Source of the DNA: Lama guanicoe
Lineage: Eukaryota
Direction of reading: 5' to 3'
Length of the DNA stretch: 64,000 nucleotides
Assembly (NCBI GenBank): GCA_013239625.1
Contig: MU053881.1
Span: forward strand, 4,237,957 to 4,301,956
Part shown: piece by piece, positions 49,296 through 64,000 of the stretch
Layout of the letters: every line of letters starts with the position of its first letter
How positions within the stretch are numbered: position 1 is the first letter of the stretch
Made by a program: the position numbers and the translations under genes
Notes under the pieces: generated by a model
What the model saw: the letters and a program-made list of their open reading frames with translations, nothing else
Database searches by the model: none
Told to the model about the DNA's origin: nothing

Positions 49296-52200
49296 CTCTC
49301 ATTAGTTTTTAATTCAAAGCTTTGGCTTTTTCAAAGAATTCACCTAATTGTATCCCCCCCTTTTAAGCTTGTCGGGATCTCACTTTTCCAGCTTCCTAGC
49401 TTACCTCTAGAACTTTCAGGTTGACAGAGCTTGTCCTCCACTCAAGAGCATCTTTTGATCACCCTGACGTCTCTCTTTTGTCCTTCTATAAAACTACTCA
49501 CCCTGTACTATTATTTTTCTTCCTTGAAATAGGGACCACTCCCCCTGACCCCACCCCACCACACAGATAGTCAGTAATGTTCACTGAATTGTTTTATGAT
49601 ACAAAAATTTTTTAAACTTCTGCAAACTGCGGAGTCCAAGGGCAGTTATATTGGGATATAATCCAATATTTTAAGCAGGAAGTATTACAGATTTTTTCCC
49701 CTAGCATGGCAGGGGATGAAGATGGGATGGGGAGTAAGTGCCTTAAGATGCTATTCTGCTCCCAACTGGTATGGCTCCTCCAGAATATCTTTCCCACTTT
49801 TCCTCCTGATTCTTTCCTCATTACCCTCATCTTCTCAACAAGGTCTATAGGGAGGCAGGCGGTCAGGTGGTCAGAATGAGAATTTCTAAGGGTTAATGTT
49901 CACAAAAAAGAAAAACTCTTCTGTTTTTATCCTTCCTCATCTCAAGCACTGAATAAAATCAAAACTTCACTGCGTATTCCTTTGGAAGCAAAATGCATTT
50001 GACGAATAACTTAAGAAAGAGGTTAAAATAAAATTCCACTATCTCATTCTGCAGTAGCTGGATGTGTCCACCCTTCAGCATCCTGTGAACCACACTCATA
50101 ATCAGGCCAGCCACTGTCTGTATCTCCAACACAAAGCCAGTCTCAGAGGCACTAATTCTCAGTGTCTGCTCACTTGCCTGTGTCCTCTGACTGTCAGTTT
50201 CTCAAGGGTAGGAAGTATGTCTTCCATCAAATGTTCCCAATGTCTGTAACTCCAAAGGGTGATGGTGTGCCGAGATACTCATCTCTTCGAGCCACAGGAC
50301 TGCCCAGGGGGCCTGCTGTGGTAGGAAGTCCCTGGCAGATGATTTCTGTTTCAATATGATCATTTTCTATATGTGCCATGATGCAAAACAGGCTGAAAAG
50401 CCTTGTTCGATGTTTCTGTATCACTGTGCCTCACACAGGAGCTGGCAGGTTAGAAAGCATGCATATGTTTGCTTAATGAATGAATTCTTTCAAGTAATTT
50501 TTAAATGTTTAAAATATTTCTTTTCTCCCATGTCCTTATATTACAGGTTTGTTTTTATACATCCCCTTTCTGGCTATAGAGTTGTAGGGGTTTTTTGTTC
50601 AAAGTAACTGCGATGGTGGTGGGGGCGGGGGGAGAGATGGAGAAAAAGACCTCAGCCTACTATTTTTTTTTTCAGTGAAACTAAAGTAGGAAACAACCTT
50701 TCAAGTTCCAGAACTTGCATTTTGCCAATCACTGAATGACAAGAGCACCGCAGAGAATCAGTTGATGAGGAATATTACACACAGTGTTTTTTGTTTGGTT
50801 TGTTTTACGACAGCTGTTTCCAGTAAGTAAAGAAGCAGCTTTTTCACCTATAAGTTTCCAAATGTGTTATTGGAATTTAGCAAAGCCACTTCATACTCAC
50901 ACCCTCACGCAGGCTATTGCCTAGAAGGTAAAGACTTGCGAAAATAACCACCACTGACTTCTAACTGGTAGAGTACCTTGAAACTAAAACCCTAAATGAA
51001 TATTTAAAATTTTGGTAATGCTTTGTGGGATTAAGAAGCGAAAAAAAAAAAACCCTTTTCACACGTATACTAGCTTTCATTTGTCACAATGTTATACAAG
51101 GATGACAGACAAATACCAATATACAAACTCTGACCAACTGGTACTGACTCTCAGATGCAATGCGTTGACAAGAATCTCCTGGCTCTGTATGTATTAGAAG
51201 AAAACAGTGTTTCAACAGATCACTAAGGATTACTACACGCAAGATATAAGACCCAATGGCACAAGTACCACATTTTTGCCAACTCTGGTCTAATGTGTAC
51301 TCCTCCCCATAATCCAACCTTATTTGTAAATATGATCATTACAAACTCCTTTACATTTGTATATCACGTTGTTTCTTATCACGCTGTGGCAATTTAAAGA
51401 GTTCAAAGCCACATATTTTGTCAAGTAAGCATTCTGTTCCCAGAGAGGGTCCAAAGTTTACCATTCTGATTATTCCCTCACTGATCTGTCCATTTAAAGT
51501 ATCCATTTTTTTTAAAAAAGGACTGAAATATAAATGTCTGTGCCATTAAGAAGTAGACAGAGGTGTACAGACACAAATAAATCCAAAGAATAAGAACAGC
51601 ACAAACAATGCTGGTTTTCCTGCCCAACAACCAAAGTATCAAATCAAGAGTGCTTTGATCTCTGTATTTCACGCTTCAGTCTTACCTTTTTGGCTTGCTA
51701 ATTGGGCCAAATATCATAACCACTTATCTATTTTCTAGTATCCATTTCCCAGAAAGTAAACTAACTATAAAATAGAAATCTTGTTAAGTGACAGCTCTTC
51801 TTAATGGAACTTGAGCTGATGACCAAGATATGAAGGTAAGCATCAGTGGAAACGAGCCTTAGACACCAGGAAGTCCGGCGTGTCTTGTGAACTTGGGCAC
51901 GTTCATCCTCTAGACCTCTTTGCTGATCCGAAAACGGAGTTTGATTAGATCTCTAATGTTCCTTTCCTGGCTCCATAATACATTTATTTATATTCTAGCT
52001 TTCTGACATTCTAAGATGGTCTATGCTCTTCAAGATTTGCAGTTTAAGTTCTGATTGAGTATGGCAGCAACCAAAAATGTGAAGGGCAATGACTAACCAA
52101 AGTTTATCACTTCTTGCCCACAAAAAGGTGGGGTCAATGACAGATTAATAAGAAAATGATGTCTTGGAGTCTTAAAAGGACAGTCACTGACTGCATCTTC

Positions 52201-53004
52201 ATTAAGCTATTCACAAATGCAAAATATCGAGCTTTTTCCAAAAAAGTTACTTAAAATAATTTGTTGAAGCCGGATATTCTGATTTCAGATAAAAGTCCAA
52301 AGAATCTATGATAAAGCAAAAGCCAGTGACAACTCTATTTGCTCCAAGCTATCATTGCCAGTCTCTCTCGGCAGCGTACAGGGAGGAAAAAGAGAAAAGC
52401 GCAGCTGCCCTTCACTGAGCATCCACTAAGCACTTGACATTATTCTAGGTGCCTTTTAAATACTGTCCTAATTAATCTTCAGACCTCCTTATAAGTTAGA
52501 CTGCATTATTCTCATTTTAATGATAACAAACAAGACTGGGGAAAATCCACAGTTCACTGCACAGGTATGTTACCGCGCAGTTCAGCAGCTTAGCCAAGAT
52601 TCAAGCCCAAATTTCACTCCAAACTAGGTGGTGCTTCCTTGGGTAAAGTAATGGTTGTGGTAGTCAAAATACCACACTCCTTAAGATATAAATTAGGATA
52701 AACAAGACACTCTGCCATAAGGGTCCTGGGGGCAGGAACATGCTGGCTAGCAGCTAGCAAACAGTAGGCACTCAATTATTACTCAAAAAAACAAAAGAAC
52801 AAAATGTATGCATAAGAGTAACATAGGATAATATCAGAGATACTTAAAACATAAGAAGAGATAGAGAAGCTGTATCTTCCTTCTTCCTATTGAGATGACA
52901 GATAGTGGTACACAGATTAGAGACCTAACACAAACGCATCTCTAGGTTAACTGCAGCCAACCACAGGAACTGAAGTGGCAGTAATAGTTACAATAATAAT
53001 ATCA

Positions 53005-53210
53005 GCAGCTAACATGTATCAAGCTCTAACGCCTTACATGCACAATCGCATTTACTCCTCACAAAAAGCCTGTACAATGAAGTGTTCAGTTATCCCATTT
53101 CACAGATGAAGAAAGTAAAGTGATTAAGTAAGTTTATTAATGTCAGGTAAGTGGAGAAGGCAGAATTTGAACCAAGACCTTCTGATTCTAGAACGTGTAC
53201 ACTTAATAAT
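53005..53210 (-). mobile_element. MIR SINE
   Basis: tatcccatttcacagatgaagaaa...gaatttgaaccaag. Confidence 0.65.
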
Positions 53211-53716
53211 CATCAATAAAAATAAAAGACCACCAATTATTTCCAAGGCTCAGCAAGGCAAACTGGATTACAACTGTGCCTAGATCTCTTTTTATTTTGT
53301 AATCTTAATTGTTATACTAAATATATTGAGTTACAGGTCAGTAACTGGTTGGTTTCAGTTTCTGTCATCTCTACTTCACAGGACAATGTCTAAAGGAAAA
53401 ACTACACAAGATGCTATGAAAATCAAAGTTGATAAAAATAACCTTCTGACAAAGCAAATAAGTGTTTCACAGAGGAGGACCTGTCCTTTTAATATATACC
53501 TGAATAATCCTGACTGCCACGGCAAAATAGCTACATCAGCATAGAATTGATGACATGGCTTTTTATTTAACATCCCAGAAGCAGCCAAAAGCAGCACAGG
53601 AACCTGACGGTCTATCACTGTCAGGATGAACAACTAGATTGTAACTATGCTACAAAATCAAAATTATTATTTCATAACTTTTTCTTTTTCTTAAACATCC
53701 AGATGGATAATATAAG

Positions 53717-53890
53717 CTGGTGTTTCTCATATTTAAGAGTACACCAGAGCCATCTGGAGGTCCCATCAGAACATAGAGTACTGGGTCAACCCCCGAAGTC
53801 TCTCATTCAGTAGGTCTGGGTAGGATCCAAGAATTCACATTTCTAACAAGTTTACAAGTGAAGCCAGGGACCACACCTGGAGAACCACTG
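53717..53890. mobile_element. MER5A-like hAT-Charlie DNA transposon remnant
   Basis: attcagtaggtctggggtagg...aagaattcacatttctaacaag...gggaccacac..gagaaccactg. Confidence 0.7.
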
Positions 53891-56800
53891 AGTTAAGCAA
53901 TTCCATTCCACAGGTTAACATCATTAGATACTTGGGGGTGTGATTTGTAACTTACATCCTGGTTGACGGCTGTGATGCAGTCCAGCTTAAATAGTCTACA
54001 CCAGCCATTTTAAGGTTTCCTTATGAAGAGAAGGGCTTTGCTCTCAAAACCCAAAACAAAGCCCTCTCTTCCCAGCTCTAAGATGCATTAATTGGAAAAA
54101 GATTACAATCAAGTTCAACTTCAAGAAATCAACCACCATGACCACTCCTCTATTGGTTCCTGCCTTATTATATTTGAGGTAGTATATTTTAGCATTACTA
54201 GATCTGGTCTAAAACACAAAATGTACTAAATTGAATATAACCACATTATTAAGAACCAAAGCCAAAATTCAGCTACTCCCTTTTACTCATTATCTTCCTA
54301 TAAAGACAGATATTACTGTGATCATCACTTCTCAGACTGCTATGGCTCTGTATCAGCTTATGGAAGTTTCTCTTTCTGACTTAAACTTTGAAGGGAAAGG
54401 AAAATATTTTGGTTTGAAAGGAAAGTCTATGCCAGTGTACGAGCTGCCAAAATAACTAGGAAGTCTGAGATGCCAGCAGAGCCCATAATCAAAGGTAACT
54501 ATGGGAGTTTTAATCCAAAATTTGCCAAATGTAAATACTCTACTTGGATTAAATACTTAAACCCACCGACATCACAGGTTGACAGTATAGTCAACTTTCA
54601 AGACCCTTCCATCCCTGTTGCAGGCACAAGCCCCCCTTTCCCCCAGACTCCCCTAGCACGCTGACATCCCACGTGATATCGACAAGCTCGGTTACAGCTA
54701 ACCCCGCCTCCCAACACTGGACTGTGAGCACCACTCATCTCCACAGCCACAGACCAGAACAACTGTGCAGCATACAGCAAGTCCCTCATCATCGTCACCA
54801 TCATTATTAAAGTGACTAACATGTCCCTCCCGGCTCAGTGTTGTGTCTCACGTGAGTAATGTATGACATATGTACATCAGTTCCTCACAACCATCATGTA
54901 AACTGGGTATAATTATTAACCCCATTTTAGGCAAATGAAGCTATGAGAAGTTAACCAATTGTCCTCAAAGTCACCAAGTAAGTGGTGGAGTCCGATTTCA
55001 GAGCAGAAGCTCAGAAAAGTGGTCCATTTAAATGAGCTTTGTCATGACCTAGAAATTTCAATCTGTTAACACCTGTAAGGTTTGAAATCCTTCACCGTAT
55101 ACAGGGTCTGAATGCAGAGAACAAGCGTCAGTGGTTAAAGTGAAAGAAGGAGAAACCAGGTTTAGTACCATCTCATATTTCTTAGCAGGGTCCCTCTTTA
55201 GTAGGTACTTTCTCATTATGACCACTTTATAATGAAGGCAAAGCCTCTTACAGAGCTGAGGCTAGCAAGTGCCCCCTAATAGAATACACTATAACAAAAT
55301 CCATCCATGTCTTCGGTGGATTACTCTGATTGGATCAGGAGCTCCATTTGCTCCCATGTGAACTGACGAATCAGATCTCTCCAGAAAGTCTTTTAGAAAA
55401 CTTTCTTTTATTCTAACTTCACTAAATAAACACACTCATTTTCCTCATTAAAAGATCTTAAAATGGTAAATATTTCTTCTCACCACTTAACTGTATTAAA
55501 ATCACAACTTGGCATTTCTAGACTTGATCAGTCAGTTCCTGGGTCAATAGACCCCTTCCTCTTATTAACTATTTGTTCATTTTCACCTTGCCCGGCGGAG
55601 AGAAATAATTAAAATCTATTCCAAGACCGACATTTAAATCACCACTCACTAGACGAGTAATCTTGATACTGCATCTCTGAACCTTGACTTCATCAACAAA
55701 ATGAGGATGGCATCTCCCTCATAAAACAGGAGTGAGGAGAAATGAGATGAGGTCCATGACAGACCGTGCACGACACGAGCCAGTTAAGAGACACGCTCTG
55801 CCCCTTCTCTCTCTGTGGTCAAACAGCAAAAGGGCCTGAAACGAACATATTTAAGTAGGTACTGTTTGTGTATATCTGAATAATTCAGCTGTTCCATGCT
55901 TTTTCCTGTAGCTCATTTTCATAAAGAAACAAAATAGAAAAAGATTTTTTTCCATCAAATAAGCTATTCGGGGTAAGAGGTCATTAGTTCGGGACAGTAG
56001 GTAAATACTACTAAAATGCAGCCCTAAGGAATGAAGTCATTTAGATCCTTCTGGCCATTCCTCTATCTTTGGCTGCTTACTGGCTGTCAGCATTCCTCTG
56101 CTCCACGTCTGCTGGGCCTGATCAGGGTCCAGAGTTAGCAGAGAAAACGGTCACCTAAATACACAATCTTTATTCCTAAACTGAGGCTTGTATCCTATAA
56201 CCCACAATATCCTTAACATCTCTGAGCTTTCGCGAGCCTTGACAGCAATGTCAAGAGGCAGCCTGTGCCCGGTGTCAGCCTTTCTGGGCCCTCACAGCTC
56301 CCACTCTCACACCCTTAGCTCTTCAGAGTCTCCTGAGCAGAAAGCGCTTCTCAACACTCAGGCACAAAGCAAGAAGTCACTGGCCTGTACACTCCTTGAG
56401 AAGCATGTCTGCCTTGGTCCTGTATTCCCAGCACACAAGCCACTGTAAGCACCAAACACTTGTGAGTTGAAAAAGAAAGAGATGAAAAAGTGTGATGTAG
56501 TCCAAAGGCCTGCAAAAGACTCCAAACTTCTAGATTCCCCTTAAAAAAAAAAAAAAAAACTGGTCTAGCAAATAAAAATGCAACCAAAAAGCTCTCAGTC
56601 CTGTCCTGTTCTCTCTCCTTTTGGACAGCCTTCCAAAAAGTCTAGAGAAGCCTGAACCCGGGAGAAGGCTGAGATGGAGTGAGGAAACCTGGACAATCTC
56701 CTCTCACATTTTTGGTCATCAGATGATGTTTTGTTGGATCTCTCTCTCTCCCTCTTTTTTTCTTTTCTGATGGCCATGTGACGACCAGCGCCCTTCTTAG

Positions 56801-59800
56801 CCCAGGAGGGAGGAGATGGGGCCAGAAGTGGTTTCTTTAGATATTAGCACCAGCTTGAGTAGTGAAACAGGCTGAACAAGCACAACAGAAATGTGGGCCT
56901 TGCTTCAGTTTCCACTATCTTTCTTTAAAAAAAAACAAAAACAGCTAGAAAATATTTTTGTATGTTTTTTAGGGAGGAAAAAAGACTTGCTTTTAGAGAT
57001 ACTAAATATCTCTGAAATACTGAACCATTTACAGATGAAGTGATATATTAGCTGGGAAATGCTTCAAAATAATATGAAAGCAGGAAAAGAGGGTCAGGAA
57101 GAGAGATGAAAGAGGACCGTGCAGGAGCTGACCACTGTTGGAAGCCACATGACATGTTCATGTAGTTTGCTACATTATTCCATCTATGGAATATTTTGAA
57201 TTTTTAAATTTAAATTTTTCCAAAATAAGAAACTGAAGAGACATGAGGGGGAAAATCTTTACCCAAAGAGGAAACAAACAGCTGGTCACTTGATTTTCCT
57301 GCAGTGCTCAAGAAAATGAGAGCGTCATGTAGGCTGTTAAGTACAGTGACTATTAAGTGCAGTGATTTTATTAAACAAAATTGGCAGTTCAGTTTATAAA
57401 ATCCTGCTTTGACAGGAAGCTCAAATTACCTCACACAATGGTTTTCACATAAGAAGAATCTGTGCTATTCACAAAATTTTTAATATTTCTATGTGTTGAC
57501 TTTCTTATATCAACAAAATCTTTTGGAAGCCAAATATTAGACATATTCCATTTTATCTTCAAAAAGACTGGACAAAAAGAAATGAGAAAATGAAGTATCA
57601 GGAAAGCTGAGTAGCTTGCCCTGGTCACATAGCTAGCAAGTGGTAAAACCATTGTTGGAACTCAAATCTGACTTCCCTAAGATAATTCAGATAACTTTTC
57701 TAAGTTCTTATATTAACTTCTTTTGTTTGATTCTTTTTAAGGTTCTTAGAGACAGTAAGCTTATAACAACTACTTTACTAACTAGCACCAGATGCATTCC
57801 TCAAAAACACCTGGAAAAACTGTTATTAAAAATACGTTGCATAATATTTAAATATAAACATGTTTTAAAATGTATAATACTGAGGGATTAACTATAACTT
57901 ATTTTAGATCTACAAGAAAACAATGATTGGGATATATCTGAATATTCAGCAAATAGAAATTTTGTCCAATCTAAATAACTCTACAAATATGAAAAGTACT
58001 TGTTCAGCTTAAGGCTTTAAACTAAAAATTCAGTCTGCAAACATGAGAGAGGACCTCAAGTGGCTGGACGCAGTTTTTCCCTGGACATGTAATGAGATCT
58101 GAATTCTGCAACCCACTGGCTAAAGTCTGCCTTTTGTGGTACGATGTTGTCACAGAACTTAAAAAAGCACTTACTGTGTATAGGTGTGTATTTATAAATA
58201 TGACCATTAATAAAACATTTGGAAATGCCATTTACACATTGTTTCTGTTATACCTAAAGCTGAACCTGTTAGTTTGCCTCAAAGTTTAAACAGCTCTTGG
58301 ATTAAAATAAAATATAACTATTGGGCTAGTTGCTAATTTGTTTATAATGATAAAAAAATAATGCATCTTCAGTATCATTCAAAGATTAGCAGAGAAATAC
58401 ATTACAGATCAAATCAAAACAATTTTTATGAGATATCTAGTCCTGTGCCTAGCTTATAACGCAGGAGGCACTCAATAAATAGGTACCAAATATATTAATT
58501 AAAATATAAAAAAAAAACTTAATTCCACGATAAAAGCTAAAACATTCCCAACTCAAATGTACGGTACGTTTTCCTGTTTCTTACCAACAATCATAAATGC
58601 TCCATTAACGGAGAGTCTCCTTTAATGCATACAAAAACAATCAAATGTCCTAAATTTGTTAAAACTACTATAAGCTGAATCTTTCAAACTACTGAAAGAT
58701 GCAGGCTGCCAACGCCAATAAAAGTCTGGGTATATGTACAATTATAAAACTTCTCTTCAAGAAAATTGATAATCCTGCTAAATGTCCTACGTGCTCTGGG
58801 TTGCATCTAGCTTATTCAAAAGAAGTACTCTGAGAAGTAGAGCTTATATAATACGATAAGCAATTCTAAGGACTGCTCAGAATCTTTCATAGATACCCAA
58901 GCTTTTTGTAATTACTTTAATTTCATGATTTTACCCAATATTAGAGAGTCATATTTTAAATTAAAAAAAAATTAAGCCACCTAATATGGCCTCATACTTA
59001 AAGTACCTCACAATAATCCTTTCCTCCTAGGAATTAATATCTTGATGAGGATTGTCTTCCCAAATTTAAACGATTTGCTCAAGGTCGCACAGCTAATTAG
59101 AGTTCAGAGTCAAACTTAGGTCTGTTTGGATTCAGGGCCTGGGCTTCAGTCTACTACATTTTTGGCTTCTCACAATTGCCTTTCTCAGTAATTATTCAAG
59201 TTTCATCTTCAGAAACTGATTAAAAATAGGATCTATAGACCTTTCTATCTACTAAGAATTTTCTGAAAACCTGAAAGTGGAACTCCTTCTGTTTCAATAT
59301 TATAAAATATGATGAGACTCTACACTAAATTTGAAGTAAAAAATGATAATATTGCTATCAATGTATCATGGTAAAAAATATACTTAAATTTCTGCAAAAA
59401 CAATTTTCTTTGAACAATTAAATATAACGTAAGTTTTTGTCAAGAACAATTAAAGTGAATGTTTATGTTATAAGCTCCCTGCCTTAAAGAGAAAAGCATC
59501 AGACACATTAGTTTACCTGTGATGGGACCAAAAACTAAGGTACAATACAGTGGTGAAAAAAATGTGATAATGGAACTTCAAGCTTATTTTCCTTATAGCA
59601 AGACAGAAAAGTCATAAGGAAAATAAATTTAGACTAAAATTCAAAGTAGGTATACGTTAACTTTAAAACTACTTTTCCGTTTCTGTCTTGTTAACACCAA
59701 CAAAAATTATTCTCAAAAGCATAAACTCATGAACTCAGTAGCATCTTTCTAGTTGAAACTAGCAACAACCACATTCACTAGGCTTGCAATAAACAGGTTT

Positions 59801-62800
59801 TTCCTGAAAGATGTTCGAACAGTGTGTTGATCATATTCCATGGCTTCTCTGAAGACACGACAAAAAATAATCAGAAAACTCTATCCGGCCCGAGTTTTGA
59901 TTCCATCAGAAAAGTAATTAAACCTAGTCAAAAGGCTTCCTACAGAAAGGAGTAACATTGCATCTGCATTCCCAAAGTTCTCCCAATATTTCAGTTCTGC
60001 TGGAGCCAGAACCATCCAACCCATACTTTATAGTTAAAACATATATATTATATAAACAATATATATATATATATAGTTTCCCCTCTTCTAATATAAACAA
60101 ATACAAAGTCAAAGAAAATGTTTCTTATGCAAAGATCCCTCTTGGGACTACATTAAAAACCAAAAAATGTAATGAGGTTGTACTTTAGACAATTTTAATA
60201 ATTCACCATAACTTTCAGAACTGAAGCAATGCAGTAACTTCCTATTCTCAAATATAAGATGACATATATAATTTTAAGGATCAATAAACTGACAACACAA
60301 GGAGAGTTATTCAAGTGGCATGGATTATTTGCCTGATCAAGACAACTTAACAACAAATCCTTGATGACCAAGTAAGAGCAAACGGGCTCTAAACCCCAAA
60401 AGGTCTCCCCTGTCAACCGAGTTTTAGGATGGTCTTTGTGACAGATTTTGTCTCCCCTGCTTTTTTTTTTTCTTTTGTGGCCAACTTCTCGGTTCTTAGT
60501 TGGGGTGTAACTGAGCTGAAGATAAGGGGGTATCAGAATGTATACCACACAATTTCCCTTCACTTTCCTGTAAGGAGAGAAGATCTAGGCACCCTTCCAA
60601 AGAAGTGCTATATTCAAATGTAATTATTGGCAGGTGCCCCAATATATTATTTGGTTTGGACATCAGAATTTCAGGATGTGTTTGGCAGGATGGGTAGCAT
60701 ATTTTTTCCCCCTTAATGTAAGGTCAAATCATGCCTTTAGTCACATGAATATGGACATTGTTTCTTCATTTTGAAATTGAGACAAGAAAGCCAGGGTTTA
60801 GAGGTTGAGAAATCCTATATAGGAAGTGAGATAATATATGTGAAAGCACCTAGCTCAGTGCCTGGTATATAGTAGGTACTAAAAACAAACAAACAAACAA
60901 TTGATTTGAATATTATCTAATATTTTAAAGTTGATAAATAAATGTATTTTATTATTTCCCACTTTCAAAACTTTATCCATAATCAGCTTTTGATCAGCAG
61001 GTATCAATTATTCACTCTAAAAATCTTTCTTCTAATCTTACATGCCTCTTGGAAGCATTCCCACCACCCCCAACCTCATGTGTGACTTGTAATAATAATA
61101 ACAAAAACAGTAATTTCTACTTCATAGGACTGTTGAATGAATTAAATGAGTTAATATACGTAAAACAGAATTATCATAGGCATGTTGGCTATTATTAAAT
61201 ACACATTCGTTCAGTTGTATTTGAAAACTGGGTTTGAGGCACGTTATCTGAATTCACACGAAGAAAACTTTCAGCTAAGCAAGAACAATTTAGAAACAAA
61301 TTTTAATACATAGAAAATACCAAAACATAATGCCTGTCATATCAGTTACTTAGAGGATTATTCACATAGTTGGAATCTTTGCTCCTGCTCATAAACATTG
61401 GTAAAAGAGAGGTTAAGATTGGCAAAACAAACAAACAAACAAAAAAACAACCTAATGTCATCATTAATTTTAGTTCACTGTATGTACCCAAACCTGTATT
61501 AAACAAGTGTAAAAACCATTCTGATTCATTTCAAATTAAAATAAACATTGCCCAGTATCAGTTACATTTCAGGTAAATTATTTCCTTTTAACACAATAAT
61601 ATTATCCTGGCCTTTGACTGAATACCAATATTGTAATATAGCCATGTAAATTCTATCTTGTAATTTCTGTGGTAAACTTCAAGATCTCTCTATAATACCT
61701 AAGGAATTCTTTCTAACAGCAATGGGAATTGAATATTAACATCTATAAAATGTCTTTGCTAAAATGAATAGCATTTAAATAAGATAGCAGTACTTAGGAA
61801 AAAGAGTGTGAACCGTGACTGTAGCACTTTAAACCCCACAGCAGCTTGTTTTAGGATCATAAGGAACTTAAGAATCATCCCCTCCTCCGATTTTATAAAG
61901 AAACTGAGGCCCCCAAATGCTATTACACTCATAGGGCCAAGACTACAACCTAGGTGTCTGGGCTCCCAGTCAAATAAATGTTCCTTCAACTTTTTTCATA
62001 TCAAATTTAATCAAGTAATTCATATCAACTCAAAATGGTATTTTTTTTTGCCAAAAATTAATTCAAAAGAATAATTGTTTAAAACACACATATACACACA
62101 TACAAAGAACTGCATTCATTTAAGTAAGCACCACAGTACTCAGGTCACTAACTTCTCATATTTTTCAAAACCCAACTAGGAATTTCTTGTCATAAAGATT
62201 TTTTTTTAAATCACATATGACTTTCAAATCACCCCAATGCTTGCTCTCAGCTCCCCACCCCCCAACCGCTCCCTCTCTCTCTTCTCTCTTTCACACACAC
62301 AAATACACACACTCTCCTAAAAATGATGGGGACAGTGAGCAGAAATGAACAACCTAGTTTCTCATTCTACCATGTTTGAGGCAGGTATATTGACTCATCT
62401 TTTTTCCATCCTCAGCATAATAGACAACAATTCTAAGGGAAGAGTTAGCTTCTAACGATACCTTTTAGCATCAATCTTAGTCTATTATTATTTCATAAAC
62501 CAGCTTAATCTCTAAGAAACCATCTGATTGAAAAAAATTACATGTCAAGCACATTCCATTAGCTCCATAAAATATCAGTAATGTGCATATATGTGGTTTA
62601 TTCACTTTCTGAGATTTTTATTTTTCCCAAAGCAAACCTTTATCAAAAATCAATAAACTAAGAATGCAAAACAAACTATGAGGTCACATATTCATTCTGT
62701 CAGTTTATAGTAGCAAAAGAAAAGAAAAGTATTTTCAATTCTGAGCCAATCTTAATCTAGTTAAAATGTCGGGAATGCCATCTTGGATTTTTTAAGTTAG

Positions 62801-63303
62801 CAATACATAAATAATTCATAAAAGTTACTTTTGCATTAAATTTCCTCTAAATTTATGTTCAAAGGAATATCAAAACCAACTTTTTAAAAATAGATTTCAT
62901 GGGACTGCCAACGTCTTAAACAGCCTTCTACCTGACCACTAAGACACGATAATTGCTCTCTTCAGTTTGAGTAAAAACCCTTTCTAAAAACAAGAGCCAA
63001 AAGCTTCTTTATACCTGGGCAAAAAATTATTTTAAAAAATCTAAAACTGGATTTCACCAAATATTTTAAGATACATCCTAACCATTCTACCTGAATCCTT
63101 AGAGAGCGATTTAATTCCTTGGAATGACATGGGGTTCTATTAGCAAACTTCCCCTTCCTCTGAGCAAATTATTAATTAAAACAGATAATTCTACTGGTGC
63201 TGACATCATATTTGGAGACACCGCACCTATTTTGAAATCTGTTTTAGTTCTTGCAGAATGATCTTTAAATTAACCCTCTAGATGTATGTAGCACGTATGT
63301 TTG

Positions 63304-63363
63304 TGTACACATGTATATAGAAATGTACACATGTCTATAGACATGTACACATGTCTACAGACA
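63304..63363. repeat. 20-bp unit tandem repeat, 3 copies (TGTACACATGTCTATAGACA)
   Basis: Units start at 63304, 63324 and 63344, each with 0-2 mismatches. Confidence 0.85.
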
Positions 63364-63384
63364 TAGCTTTTAATCTTTGCTTTT

Positions 63385-63510
63385 TAACCTAGAGTTTGTA
63401 TTCTTATCAGTTATGTGCTTTGGGGCAAGTTATTATACCTTTCTGATACTCAACTTCCTCATCTGTAAAATGGGGATAATATTAGAACTTACCTTGTAGG
63501 GTTCGTTGTA
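63385..63510 (+). mobile_element. MIR SINE
   Basis: gggcaagttatt...ctcaacttcctcatctgtaaaatggggataata. Confidence 0.7.
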
Positions 63511-64000
63511 AAAACTGATTCAACGTTACCTTATTACCCATCTAAATTTCCTAAAAACATATAAATGACCATACGCTAAAGTATACAAATTCAGTGGGGC
63601 ATCTGATCTCAATTAACTATGAAATTCCCTTTATCTCACATCTATCAACTAGACTTGGCTGCTCATTAAAATCAAAAACATCAAACAATGTGACTCCTGC
63701 AGCATAAGGCTACACTGGTGGCAAGCAAGACAAGTGATCTTTGCCTGGATCTATTTTTAGGAATGGCTGAATTATCTACACCCCTAGCGTTAACACTGGA
63801 AAATAAACAAACGGGTGAAAGACATCATAAAAGAGTCACTCTGAGATCAACAGCTTCACAGTATTCAAAAATACATAGGGATGACGAAAACATTTAGATC
63901 TTCTCTCTAGCAATCCTTACTGCCACAAAGCAGAATTTGCAAAAAGGTTTATGAGGAACTGCCGGTTTGTGGAATTCTGACTGTTCAGACTGCGTGGTTC

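Larger units (their letters stand above)
4505..64000 (-). other. CPEB4: CPEB4 gene, partial (intron 1 to end of 3'UTR; exon 1 outside the window)
   Basis: Nine spliced exons give one frame with CPEB2-4 RRM1, RRM2 and ZZ sequences. The C-terminus GGDRPRHISFRWN and the ARTYGRRR microexon match CPEB4 as I recall it. The 3' end is approximate. Confidence 0.96.

Noticed and set aside
63304..63363. CRISPR-like array of palindromic repeats
   Set aside because: The units are directly adjacent with no unique spacers, and the context is a mammalian intron.
29960..64000. HDV-like self-cleaving ribozyme like the one in an intron of the paralog CPEB3
   Set aside because: I saw no match to the CPEB3 ribozyme sequence by eye on either strand. 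An Infernal/RNArobo search would be needed to exclude a diverged fold.

Overview
Mammalian genomic DNA holding the 3' part of CPEB4 (cytoplasmic polyadenylation element-binding protein 4) on the minus strand. Nine coding exons could be rebuilt by hand, each with canonical GT-AG splice sites: exon 2 (82 nt), exon 3 (51), the 24-nt microexon 4, then exons of 174, 90, 119, 115, 182 and 228 nt. They join into one open frame of 1065 nt encoding the end of the disordered N-terminal region, RRM1, RRM2 and the ZZ-type zinc finger, ending ...DRPRHISFRWN*. Exon 1 is not in the window and should lie beyond position 64000. A ~4.3 kb AU-rich 3'UTR runs to a likely distal poly(A) signal at 4525-4530 and carries CPEs, AREs, miRNA seed matches and candidate alternative poly(A) sites. 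Three tRNA-Ala-derived SINEs resemble the camelid Vic-1 family, which suggests camel, alpaca or llama (inference). The rest is intron with MIR, L2, L1 and MER5 fragments and one clean MaLR solo LTR. Almost all supplied ORFs are spurious. I found no new protein-coding system. The best leads are post-transcriptional: the microexon module (already known), inverted lineage-specific SINEs bracketing the alternative exons, and a UGUA/hairpin-dense 3'UTR block.
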